Shown in pieces: positions 52,324 through 62,393 of a stretch of DNA of 64,000 nucleotides. Within the stretch, counting starts at the first letter, position 1, and each line of letters begins with the position of its first letter. Source of the stretch: Candidatus Hydrogenedentota bacterium (GTDB lineage: Bacteria > Hydrogenedentota > Hydrogenedentia > Hydrogenedentales > SLHB01). The notes below the pieces were generated by a model. It saw only the letters and a list, made by a program, of their open reading frames with translations. It was not told the DNA's origin and ran no database searches. Position numbers and translations under genes: made by a program. The stretch spans positions 384,001 to 448,000 of the forward strand of contig CAXXTH010000018.1 in NCBI GenBank assembly GCA_963668025.2, read 5' to 3'.

Positions 52324-54960
52324 CTATTCTTGTTTCGAGTCATCCGGACGCCGATCATCGAAATCATCGGCCCCATCGCCATCGCTATTCCAAGCGCCGG
52401 TTGCATCGGGATCAAATCCAGAGCTGATGCTCAAGGGCTGCTCGGAGGCATGCGCAGGCTGGTAGGTCACTTTCAGTTCGTCCGGGTATTGGAAGAACTT
52501 CGTGTACGGCGGATTGATATACAGCCGGTTATCCACGCGGAACAGCAGGCTAAACTGGGCATCCGCGACATAATCGGCATCGCCCGGCAACGGATACCCA
52601 TCAATGGTAATCTTGAGCAGGCTGCCGAAGGTCGAGAACTGAAGCGGGTTATTCTCCTCCGTCAGGAAGTAGAGCACACTGCTGCCGGGTATGGGATTCG
52701 TCGTTTCGACATCCGGGAATTGATGCCAGTTTGCATCATCAATCAGCCCACCGGAAATCCGCTCGATTTTCGTCGTGCGGGCCGCGCCAGTCTCGTCGTA
52801 AATGCGGAAACGGAACTGGGTGATGTTGCGAGGCACATAATCCGTACGGACATAGATTTCGGCCCGGCCCCGGTCCTCGCCTTCAGGCTTGAAGATGCCG
52901 TCGGTCCACAAGCTGATTTGGCCCGCACGCACATCGCCGCCCGTGGCGAACACCGCGTCTTTCTGGAAGGAGCCTTCCGCGCCGCCATAGCTCGCGTTAA
53001 TCAAATACGTATGCGAGCCTTCCTGGAACAGCGTGTTGTAAGTCAGTACAAGCTGGCGCTTAAGCTCCGTGATGATTAAGCCGCCATCTCCGCCCGTATC
53101 GCCCACCAGCAAGCTCTGCAATGTAGCCAAATCAGGCGCGGCATAATAATGGCCGCCCGTCTCGGTGGCTAATTCCTGGAGCACCGCACTGTTGACATTG
53201 CTTCCGAATCCGATGGGATATAGGCGGACGCGCAATTCGGTGGCGAGGTCTATGGTGTCCTCTTTCGAGTTGATCGAGGAGGTGTCGCGGCCATCCGTAA
53301 TAAAAATAAGGGCGCGCACATCGGCGTCATTGAGCGCCAAGAAACCGGCATCCCGCGCGTCAATACGCTCGCAGGCATCGACAATCGCATCAAACACTTC
53401 CGAAGCGCCATGCTCGGCCGCAGGCACGTAGAGCTCATCCATGGCCGCCTTGATGCTGTCTCTTCCAGCCGTACCCGAAGCGAAACCATGAATCAAGCGA
53501 TCTTGTTGCTGGCGTTCATGGTATTCCATCAGCGCCGTACTGTACGCATCAGGCACGCTGTCCAAAAATCCCGCCACAAGCCCGTCGTCCGGATTCGTCG
53601 AGCCGCCCGCGTACAATTCCTGCAACGCATCGGAACTGTCAGGATTGAACTCTTTCATGGCCTCATACATGCTGCCGGTATAATCGAGCATCAACGCGAT
53701 GCTATAGCGCAAGTCTTGGGCGCTGGTGACAAACACGTTCGTCTCGGTGGTGTCGATGAGTTTTTCATCTTCATACACCGTGAAGGCATCTTTGAGCCCA
53801 TTAAATATCGTCTCATCGAGTGTATCGATGGCATTGCCCAATTGGTCGCGCATGAGAAATACAAAACGCATGATGAAAGGCGGGCGCGACCGGTTGATGG
53901 CCCCCTCGAAACTCAGCGGGGCCGCCTCGACATTCACCAGAATATTGACAGGATCAAGCCCATCCGCGCTGATGGTGATAGTGCCGCCATCCGTCGCACC
54001 GGTCATCTGATCCCGAAAGACCACTACGGAGATGGTCACAGGGTCCACATACGTTTCTAAATTGTTCGTGCCCTGGCTCGAGCCGCTTGCGGGATCAAAC
54101 GAGATCAAATCTGGACTTTCCGTCGTATATTGGAGATCGCTCGAAACGGTGAAATCGAGCGTCGTGCCCGATGGCCCGGCATTATAGACATTAAATTCCA
54201 AGACGGTTTTATCCGTTCCAAAATCCAACGTGGTCACATCCACGCCGATGGCCGGCGCATCGCCTTGGACGATGTTCACACGCACATCCGTGTCACCAAG
54301 AATGGAGGACACCCGCGCAATGAAACTATACGTCCCTTCGTCGAGCGCGGAACGATCTACGGTAATCGTGACCGTGCTGGCCTCACCCTGCAACAGCGTG
54401 GCCCCCACACTCGAGAAGGTAATCGCGTCCGGCAACGACACGGCTGTCGTGGTGTCATCTACGTCGTAAAATCCGATGCTCCAAGTAAGAATGCCATCAC
54501 CATCATTCGAGATGGTGAACTGGCCGGTTTCCTGCGCGGCAATGATATTAACCACGGTTGGTGATACATCAATGACGGGCGAGCCCAAGGCCGTCAGCGC
54601 CACGGCCACTGGCTGGGTTCCCGAAGGCGTCACGACGTTCACCGTGCCAGTATAGGAACCCGGAGTAAGCCCGGTGCGGTCGGCATTGAGATAGACGCGG
54701 CTGGTTTCAATGCTGCCGGTAGTGCCGCTGGTTTGACTGGGCGTCAGCCAGGGCACGTTTTCCTCAATCGACCACGATTGCGCTACGGATGCGCCGTTGT
54801 AAATGGAAATGGATTGCTTAGCGGATTCCGACCCAAAATTGATAACAATGGGCTGGACGCTTAATGGAGTCGTAACGGTGGTGGGGCAGCCCGCCATCGC
54901 CGCACCCAGGCACCCCATAATCAGCAACACCCAATGGATTCGACGCGCATGGAGTTTCAT
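52324..54960 (-). CDS. Lipoprotein: BACON-like repeats plus a vWA domain (paralog of the downstream gene)
   Basis: AMAGC lipobox; LDYTGSM, FITDGRD, TGGHYY. Confidence 0.82.
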   Translation of the reverse strand: MKLHARRIHWVLLIMGCLGAAMAGCPTTVTTPLSVQPIVINFGSESAKQSISIYNGASVAQSWSIEENVPWLTPSQTSGTTGSIETSRVYLNADRTGLTPGSYTGTVNVVTPSGTQPVAVALTALGSPVIDVSPTVVNIIAAQETGQFTISNDGDGILTWSIGFYDVDDTTTAVSLPDAITFSSVGATLLQGEASTVTITVDRSALDEGTYSFIARVSSILGDTDVRVNIVQGDAPAIGVDVTTLDFGTDKTVLEFNVYNAGPSGTTLDFTVSSDLQYTTESPDLISFDPASGSSQGTNNLETYVDPVTISVVVFRDQMTGATDGGTITISADGLDPVNILVNVEAAPLSFEGAINRSRPPFIMRFVFLMRDQLGNAIDTLDETIFNGLKDAFTVYEDEKLIDTTETNVFVTSAQDLRYSIALMLDYTGSMYEAMKEFNPDSSDALQELYAGGSTNPDDGLVAGFLDSVPDAYSTALMEYHERQQQDRLIHGFASGTAGRDSIKAAMDELYVPAAEHGASEVFDAIVDACERIDARDAGFLALNDADVRALIFITDGRDTSSINSKEDTIDLATELRVRLYPIGFGSNVNSAVLQELATETGGHYYAAPDLATLQSLLVGDTGGDGGLIITELKRQLVLTYNTLFQEGSHTYLINASYGGAEGSFQKDAVFATGGDVRAGQISLWTDGIFKPEGEDRGRAEIYVRTDYVPRNITQFRFRIYDETGAARTTKIERISGGLIDDANWHQFPDVETTNPIPGSSVLYFLTEENNPLQFSTFGSLLKITIDGYPLPGDADYVADAQFSLLFRVDNRLYINPPYTKFFQYPDELKVTYQPAHASEQPLSISSGFDPDATGAWNSDGDGADDFDDRRPDDSKQE

Positions 54961-55067
54961 TAAAGAGCCCTCGCCCCCATCATGCTTCCGCATGGGGTAA
55001 AAACCTCGCCAGCACGGATACGCCCGCGCGCCCCGGCTCCCCCCGCTCACCGACGAAGCGCGAATCC

Positions 55068-55643
55068 CTAGCTGCTTTCTTCCACCAGGGTAACAACGAC
55101 GCCCAGCAGTTCGAGTTCGGGTACATCCACCGTAAGCGCATGTTCGCTCAGCGTAGTTGCATCCAGAATCACACTATCGCCCGCCCCCAAGCCGCCATTC
55201 GCAGCATTCGCCACCAAGGCCTGGATGTCCGCGATCTGGTTGTTAAACAAAGACAGGCTATTCAAATTGCGCAACCCCGCTAACGGCGTGATATCGGTAA
55301 TCTGATTGCTGTCCATATTGAGATAGGTGATGTTGACGAGATTGGACAACGGCGTCAGATTGGTGACCGAATTGGTATCTAAGTCCAGCCACGTTAAATT
55401 GACGGCGTATTCCAGCCCGCTGAGGCTTTGGATCTCCTTACTGCGCGCATCAAGAGTGCGCAGTTCGAGCAAATCCGCTTGCGTCAGCCCTCCAAGCGGG
55501 TGGTGCAATTCGGCGCGAACCGCTTTTTCAAGCGCTGCGTCCGTGATAAAAACAGGCGTGGAATTGGGGCAACCTGTCGTGAAGGCTAGAACGCCCGTGA
55601 GGAGCCCCACACTCAAGAGCAGTCGTACTGGTTTTGTATGCAT
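55068..55643 (-). CDS. Internalin-like leucine-rich-repeat lipoprotein
   Basis: TTGC lipobox-like; DAALEKAVR cap; repeated L..L.L..N.I.D..PL units. Confidence 0.85.
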   Translation of the reverse strand: MHTKPVRLLLSVGLLTGVLAFTTGCPNSTPVFITDAALEKAVRAELHHPLGGLTQADLLELRTLDARSKEIQSLSGLEYAVNLTWLDLDTNSVTNLTPLSNLVNITYLNMDSNQITDITPLAGLRNLNSLSLFNNQIADIQALVANAANGGLGAGDSVILDATTLSEHALTVDVPELELLGVVVTLVEESS

Positions 55644-55901
55644 GATCACCCCTCGCCGCCATGTGTGTAAGACCACATACCGGACCTGCTGGTTGGAGTT
55701 ATCCGCTCGTCATCCTTACTAATTATGAAGAAGAAAGAGGATTTTGTCAAGAATTACCTACGCATTCCGTAGAGCGCACCTCTTCTTCAGGCACACGGTC
55801 CGGCACGCAGCCTTCCGGAATCGCCTTTCGCACTGCGAATCGGCATGGCCCCCTCCTCCGGAAGACGCATCTACAGTATATTATACCCTAAACGCTGCCG
55901 A

Positions 55902-56069
55902 TTATGTGGTCGGAAGATCACATTTTTCGACGATATAGCTCAGGATAGGCAGCGAACCGCCGGTAGCGCCAAAAACATCATAAATCACTTGGCTCATCTT
56001 GCAGAAAATGTCTTGGATTTCGCTGGCTTTTGCAGGCCGTGACTGGGAAATGCGGGCGATGTGTTTCAT
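55902..56069 (-). CDS. Small 55-aa protein with a basic leader (MKHIARISQSRPAKA)
   Basis: Strong RBS AAGGAG 7 nt before ATG; same strand as the LRR/vWA cluster. Confidence 0.65.
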   Translation of the reverse strand: MKHIARISQSRPAKASEIQDIFCKMSQVIYDVFGATGGSLPILSYIVEKCDLPTT

Positions 56070-56288
56070 CTGTATTCTCCTTGATTGGTGGATGGATACA
56101 ACCCGGGCGATACGCGCCCCCAAAAGTGTTTTCTTGTAAAGAGATTACCCGGGATAGGAACTCCCTGTCAAGTGGCTGGTGATATTTATGCCTTACCGTG
56201 AAAATATTAGGAAAAAACGCCCCTCGTGTTGCCTATAGATCATCTTAATTATCACAAAAAAACCGTAGAATAGAAACTGCTTACATCC

Positions 56289-56696
56289 TTATTTAGTTTC
56301 GAGGAAAGGCGCTTGCCAGCTCTTAGATGTATACGCGTGCAATTCGATACGATTGCCATCCGGATCCGCAAGCCAAGCCTGCCATGTTTGATCAAGTGCA
56401 AAGAACGGTTCGGAGACTTCCACGCCGTGTTCGCGCAACCGCGCGACGATGCCAGGCAAGTCGTCCACTTCCAAGCAGATATGCCGGAAGGAATTGGCGT
56501 CTGCCGCCTCCTCATATTGACCCTCGAACAGCTCGATGAAGTTGCGGCCGCCCGCGGCGATATAGACGCCGAAGCGTTTTCCTTCGTCGTTTAGAAACTC
56601 GAAGGCTTGTGAAAGCCCCAGCGCGCCGCAATAAAACGCGATGGACGCATCGAGGTCTTTTGAAGTGAAGCAAACGTGAGCCAATCCAACCACCAT
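56289..56696 (-). CDS. VOC/glyoxalase family protein
   Basis: LAHVCF..DLDASIAFY, IELF, HICLEVDD, DPDGNRIEL. Confidence 0.9.
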   Translation of the reverse strand: MVVGLAHVCFTSKDLDASIAFYCGALGLSQAFEFLNDEGKRFGVYIAAGGRNFIELFEGQYEEAADANSFRHICLEVDDLPGIVARLREHGVEVSEPFFALDQTWQAWLADPDGNRIELHAYTSKSWQAPFLETK

Positions 56697-56718
56697 GGTG
56701 CGATTCCTTTCCGCGCAC

Positions 56719-57720
56719 TTACCCAAGCGGGCAGATGGCGTCAATCTGGGCCAATTCTTCTGGGGAGAAGTGCAAGTTGCCAAGGGCGCCCACGCAATCG
56801 ATGATTTGCTGCGGCGTGCGCGCGCCAATGAGGGCGCTGGTGATGTTCTTGTGGCGCAGGAGCCAAGCGATGGCGAACTGGGCCATTGTCTGTCCCCGTG
56901 CATCGGCCAGCTTCGACAACTTGCGCACTTTTTCGACTGTTTCCGGAGTCACGGCGGTCGCTTGCAGATATCCATCGGGATCCGCCGCCCGGGAATCTGC
57001 GGGGATTGGATTAGCGGGATTGAGATATTTGGATGTGAGCAATCCCTGCGCCAGCGGGCAGAAAGGTATGCAGCCAACGCCGTAGGTATCGAGATAAGGA
57101 AGCAGATCGCGCTCGATGCCCCGGGCGAGCATATTGTATCGCGGCTGGTTAATCGTGATGGGCGTCCAGCCCCTAGACTTCACCAGTTCAGCCGCCTGGA
57201 CAAAAAATGGCCCCACATAACTCGATATGCCCGCATACAACGCCTTGCCCTGCCGCACGATCTGGTCGAGAGCGCCTAGCGTTTCTTCCAGGGGGGTGTT
57301 CGGATCGGGCCGGTGCGAGTAGAAAATATCCACATATTCCAAGCCCATGCGTTTAAGCGATTGCTCAAGGCTCGCCACCAGGTATTTCTTGCTCCCCCAG
57401 TCGCCATATGGGCCTGGCCACATGCGATAACCGGCCTTGGTCGAAATGATCAATTCGTCCCGGTAACCTGCGAAATCCTCACGTAAAATGCGGCCTGCGC
57501 GTTCCTCGGCGCTTCCGGGCTCTGGGCCATAGTTATTGGCAAGATCGAAATGGGTGACGCCAAGCTCGAAAGCGGTCCGCATCATGGCCCGGCAATTCTC
57601 GTGATCGGCCCTTGTCCCGAAATTGTGCCACATGCCGAGCGATATGGCGGGCAGCAAAAGCCCGCTACGCCCGCACCGGCGGTATGTCATGTTGTCATAT
57701 CGGGCTGCGCTGAATTCCAT
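56719..57720 (-). CDS. Aldo/keto reductase (YghZ/MgrA-like L-glyceraldehyde 3-phosphate reductase)
   Basis: YRRCGRSGL, HFDLANNYGP, STKAGY, YVDIFYSHRPD. Confidence 0.9.
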   Translation of the reverse strand: MEFSAARYDNMTYRRCGRSGLLLPAISLGMWHNFGTRADHENCRAMMRTAFELGVTHFDLANNYGPEPGSAEERAGRILREDFAGYRDELIISTKAGYRMWPGPYGDWGSKKYLVASLEQSLKRMGLEYVDIFYSHRPDPNTPLEETLGALDQIVRQGKALYAGISSYVGPFFVQAAELVKSRGWTPITINQPRYNMLARGIERDLLPYLDTYGVGCIPFCPLAQGLLTSKYLNPANPIPADSRAADPDGYLQATAVTPETVEKVRKLSKLADARGQTMAQFAIAWLLRHKNITSALIGARTPQQIIDCVGALGNLHFSPEELAQIDAICPLG

Positions 57721-57968
57721 GGGGAACAGTCCTTTCAATGCCTATTAGGGTGGCATATAACCGGTATCTCAATCTTGCATCTGTTTATTGAATACCATAT
57801 CGAGGTAAAAGTAAAGCTGATGAACGCCATGCTAAATAAAAGGAGGCCCTCCCATTCCCTACGTATTCTCTTGAACACGTTATCGATCACGTTTTATGAT
57901 AAGCGATATAAATGACCGTTTTTATCACTTTCTGGGATTCACAAACCGTTGCTACGGAAGGGAGAATA

Positions 57969-59175
57969 ATGGTGTACACAAAACCTATGAGAAGCATAAC
58001 GATAGCGTTTCTTTGCCTACTTGCACTGGGATGCTCTACCGCGATGAAACATGAAAATGAACTGAGGAAAACAGCGATGATACAAATCGATGGGACGCCA
58101 TTGTGTGACACGCAACTACAAAGCAGGGCGATCACAATGGAGAATCCAACAGGGGCCAAAGGCCAAGGCGGCCAGGCCAAAGGCGGGCGCAAAGGCATGC
58201 CCTCTATTCCGAACCTAGCCAAAGATGAAACATTCACTTTGGCGGAGATTGAAGGGCCTGGCTGCATCCGCCATATCTGGATCACCGTGGAAAAACGTGA
58301 CCCCACGAATGCTGCGCAATCTGATTTTACGTTTTTACTGGGACGGCCAGAAAACACCTTCCGTGGAAGCGCCCATTGGCGATTTTTTCGGCATGCCTCA
58401 TGGCCGTACTGTTGCTTATGAATCCGCTTATATATGCGTTCCTGAGGGCCGAGGCTTCAATTGTTTCTTCCCTATGCCCTTTGCGCAACAAGCGCGCCTT
58501 ACTATCGCCAATGAATCCGGCGAAGACGCCGGTTCGGTATTCTTCCAGATCGATTATACGGCTGGTGACACCGTTGATGGCGGCACCCCCTATTTTCATG
58601 CCCAATTCCGCCGCACATCTAACACTACACTAGGCCAGGACTATGTGATACTGGATGAGGTGAAAGGCAAAGGCCGCTACATGGGCGTTAATATCGGCAT
58701 TGTGGACCGTTTCTTGGGTGCGAATGTCTGGTGGGGGGAAGGCGAAGTAAAGATGTATATTGATGGCGATACCGATTACCCCACCATCTGCGGCACGGGA
58801 ACAGAGGATTATCTCCTCTCCGCCTGGGGGCTTGGCGTATGGCAATACCGTTACGCAGGCTCTTTGTTCCCCTACGGGAAATATATCTCCTTCTACCGAT
58901 TCCATGGGCCTGACCCGGTTTACTTCTCACAGGACATCAAAGTGACTATCCAGCAACTGGGCTGGGATGGCGGCGGCGATAAAGATCCTGCACCAGGTGA
59001 ACCGCTTGCACCCTATATGGCGCGTGGTGAATATAAAAAAGTGCCTAATCGCGGGGGCTTGTTCGAACGGGTGGACGATGTCTGCTCGACGGCATATTGG
59101 TATCAAACGCTTCCCACACAGCCGTTCCCGCCATTCCCTAGTGCGGAAGTGCGATCTCTGGCGCTGGAAGAATAA
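57969..59175 (+). pseudogene. DUF2961/GH172-family lipoprotein split by a +1 frameshift near 58301 (possibly a sequencing error)
   Basis: LALGC lipobox, SRAITMENPTG, GPGCIRHIWIT | LRFYWDG..PSVEAPIGDFF, WWGEGE, GTGTEDY, YRFH, STAYWYQ. Confidence 0.82.
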
Positions 59176-60087
59176 CTACACTCTTGAGCTGGCATCCTCG
59201 ATGCTGACGCAATTACGCCCATGGGATTTGCTCAGATACATCAGGTGATCCGCGCGGGCGATAACTTCGCCCGCGGTTTCGCCTGTATGCACCGTAGTTA
59301 CGCCAATGGAGAGCGTTACACGGATAGTGGATTCGCCATGCTTGATATACGAATTCTCGATCAAGACCCGGCAGCGTTCTGCCACTTCTCGAGCCTGTTC
59401 GCATTCCACATTGCTCAAAATCGCCACGAATTCCTCCCCGCCCCACCGGCCCAGGAAGTCAAACGGGCGCAGACTGTTCACCAGGGTGTTGGCCACCATG
59501 ACGAGCACATTATCGCCTATCTCATGGCCATACTGATCGTTGATCACTTTGAAATGGTCGATATCGATGAACAACACCGCGAACGGCCAGCCGTAGCGCT
59601 CTAATTCCTCCATATGTTCATCAAGCGTGATGGCCGTAAAGCGCCGGTTGCCGACGCCCGTCAAGGGGCAGAGCATGGCCAGCTCCACGAGGCGCTGGCG
59701 TTCTGCTTGCTGTTGTGACACGTCGAAAAATATCTCGGCCGCTCCTTTCACCTCGCCCGATTCATCAAAAATGGGGGTGCAACGAACCAACACCGGCACG
59801 CGATGGCCTTCCTTATGGCGCAGATACACCTCATTTTCTGAGGGCTTGCCATCACGCACCGCCTTCATGAGGGGGCATTCGCTCATGCAGAGGGCTTCAC
59901 CACGTTCATTCACATGCATGAGATTGGATTCTGGACAACAGACGCCCTCCGTCTCCTCCTTTGTGTACCCCGTCAGCTCTTCCGCACCTTTGTTCCAGAA
60001 CAGGATGCGCCGGTCGCAGTCCACAAAATAGAGCCCGTCGTGGAGGCTATCAAGCAGTTCATGAAAGAATATATCTGGAAGACTCAT
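59176..60087 (-). CDS. PAS-GGDEF diguanylate cyclase
   Basis: PAS (WNKGAEELTGY), DIDHFKVINDQYGH, RWGGEEF, RxxD I-site. Confidence 0.92.
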   Translation of the reverse strand: MSLPDIFFHELLDSLHDGLYFVDCDRRILFWNKGAEELTGYTKEETEGVCCPESNLMHVNERGEALCMSECPLMKAVRDGKPSENEVYLRHKEGHRVPVLVRCTPIFDESGEVKGAAEIFFDVSQQQAERQRLVELAMLCPLTGVGNRRFTAITLDEHMEELERYGWPFAVLFIDIDHFKVINDQYGHEIGDNVLVMVANTLVNSLRPFDFLGRWGGEEFVAILSNVECEQAREVAERCRVLIENSYIKHGESTIRVTLSIGVTTVHTGETAGEVIARADHLMYLSKSHGRNCVSIEDASSRV

Positions 60088-60166
60088 ATCGCCACCAAAG
60101 CTCCTTCTATTGTGGTAACCTAGAAGAAAGCGATAATATTCATTGCGGCGATCTATATCCCGGCCA

Positions 60167-60994
60167 TCACGCCGCGGAATCGGAATCATCCTCCGCTATT
60201 TCCTCGGATAAAAGCATGCCAAAACGGGTAATGACTTTACGCGTTTCATCAATCACGATTTCCGCCGTATCGCGGTTGACCGATTTGCCTTCATGGACGA
60301 CTTCGTTGCGCAGCACCCGCACATCGTGGATGCAGCGGCTCACTTCGTCACTCACCAGGTTTTGGCCCTGTGCGGTAATAACCAAGTCTTTCACACTATT
60401 CCGGCGCGGATAAACGCCACGGGCCAGCAGCAGGCGGCGCAACGATGTTTCCAGTGTCTGAAATGCTTGAATCACCACGAGGTCGTAGAGGCCTGCTTCG
60501 AGGAGGCCGCTGGCCTTGGCCAGATTGGCCGTTTCCTCGTCGCCCAGTTTGCTGATGGAGAACGAACGGTCGCGATCGCTGATGGCGCGGCGCAAAGACA
60601 ACATTACCGCCATAACAATGAATAGCAGCACCACGGTCAGCACGACGTCCACAATGAACGCTGAACGGGGATTGCCGAGCGTATTGCCAATCAAAGCAAT
60701 AATATAGACCATCGTGAATGCGGGCGGCATAAGGATGGCCAAAGCATAGGTTGTATTTCCCGCGCGCTGCGCAAAGGGGGCCGCGGATTTGCCGGATAAT
60801 AATTCAAGGGCGAAAAAATAGGCGGATAAACTCAGGCATCCCGCGAATAGATAATAGAGATATTGTAAGTAGACCTTGTATCCTAGAAACACGAAATAAT
60901 TCTCCGCCACCTGATCGAGCAGCGGGCGAATCATGAATAAAGCGGCCAGCAAGGCCACCGAGAATCCCATTTTCAGCCGCGTGAAATCCGTCAT
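60167..60994 (-). CDS. Membrane protein (about 4 TM) with a C-terminal HEPN-like domain
   Basis: Four hydrophobic segments followed by a helical domain with LE..LR and LRNEVVH (RxxxxH). Confidence 0.6.
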   Translation of the reverse strand: MTDFTRLKMGFSVALLAALFMIRPLLDQVAENYFVFLGYKVYLQYLYYLFAGCLSLSAYFFALELLSGKSAAPFAQRAGNTTYALAILMPPAFTMVYIIALIGNTLGNPRSAFIVDVVLTVVLLFIVMAVMLSLRRAISDRDRSFSISKLGDEETANLAKASGLLEAGLYDLVVIQAFQTLETSLRRLLLARGVYPRRNSVKDLVITAQGQNLVSDEVSRCIHDVRVLRNEVVHEGKSVNRDTAEIVIDETRKVITRFGMLLSEEIAEDDSDSAA

Positions 60995-61217
60995 TTGCCT
61001 TCCGCCTCTCCTTGCGCAGTATGCGCGGTTTCAGTATCTGCCCAGGGGCCCAGGCGTGTCAAACCTTCGATATCCGCGCAAATTAACAAATATGACATGC
61101 AATAACAGCACAATCAAATACATGATTCCTTTGCGAAATAGGCTCCATCCTTTTGGAATGATGCATTCGCACTACTATATGCCAGCTTCCGCAGTGTATT
61201 CGAAGATTTTATAACCA

Positions 61218-61560
61218 CTGGCGTGAGGTTGCCCACCACCCAATGGAACGGCATAACGCTGTTTATTCTCGTTTGTCTTTACGTTCTAGGCGGCTTTGCG
61301 TACGTATAAATCGAATGAGATTCCTGTTGATAGTGCAGCGCGCCATCCTTGCTCATATATTTCACGCAAAGCCGCAAAGAATACAAAGGTTCAAAGCGCG
61401 GCATATCCGCAATCAAAGAGCCGGATTTTTGGACCACGAAACATGGGCGAGACGCCCATGCTACGGGAGTTGTAGAACACATTTTAGAGGATATATTCGT
61501 GCGCATTCGCGTCCATTTGTAGTAAAAAAATCTGCTGCAGCCATGCCGCACCGTGGTTTC
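61218..61560. repeat. MITE-like element copy 2 plus a REP-like palindrome
   Basis: 61218-61430 matches 18046-18250; catgggcgagacgcccatgctac near 61442. Confidence 0.75.
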
Positions 61561-61570
61561 TGTAACCACA

Positions 61571-62140
61571 TCAGCGAGGGCGCGGCTTGCCCGCCCGCGC
61601 GCAAATGGCATCGAAGAGTTCTGAAACCGGCTGAATCTCGTAATCACGGAAATTTTTCGGATTGAGCCAGAAGGCATCCAGGCGGCCCCGGCCTTCGCTT
61701 TGATACAGGAGGATTTTTAACATCATTTGCGCTTTATCGAGTCCGCGCACGAGACGTGCTTCCGGCGTACTGGCCTCGAGTAATTCCCGATGCGCCTGGG
61801 CATACACGGGGGGAAACTCCGCGAATAACTCTTCGATAATCGCCTGTTCCGCTTGTCCTTTGACCTCCGCCAAATGGGCGTCCGCGGCGGGCATGGGGAT
61901 ATCCATCAGCTTGGCCTCCGGCAAATCATGCACGAGAGCCATGGCAAGGGTCTTGCCTTGCTCGAATTGCCCGGGGTATTGATTGGTGAACAGCAGCGCC
62001 AATACGGATACGAAATGGCTGTGCGCCGCCACGGATTCCGGCTCGGTTACGCCGCGCAACACATATCCCGCCCGCGCAATCCGGTCGAGTGGATGAATCT
62101 GTTCAAATAACGTGATTACCTTTTCCGCGAATGTGCTCAT
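61571..62140 (-). CDS. HD-domain phosphohydrolase (YfbR/HDDC2-like 5'-deoxynucleotidase)
   Basis: RAGY..ESVAAHS, ALVHDLPE..DIP, EARLVRGLDK. Confidence 0.85.
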   Translation of the reverse strand: MSTFAEKVITLFEQIHPLDRIARAGYVLRGVTEPESVAAHSHFVSVLALLFTNQYPGQFEQGKTLAMALVHDLPEAKLMDIPMPAADAHLAEVKGQAEQAIIEELFAEFPPVYAQAHRELLEASTPEARLVRGLDKAQMMLKILLYQSEGRGRLDAFWLNPKNFRDYEIQPVSELFDAICARAGKPRPR

Positions 62141-62393
62141 GGAGGCGAGTATGCCAGATTTGAGGAGCCATGCGCTAGGCAATGTATGTTTCCATACATT
62201 CGGCAGGAATTAGGCCTCAAAATGCACAGGAGACGCAGAAGAAATAACCATCTTTTTTTTCTTGCATTTTTGTGGCAGTAAAGTTGGAAAAGTGCGGCGC
62301 ATTACGCTAGAATCAACTATCAAATGGAGCGGTGGGGAGAGTTGCGCTCTTCGATACGCTGGTGATGCGGAAGGATATCGGAAGGTGGTGCAT

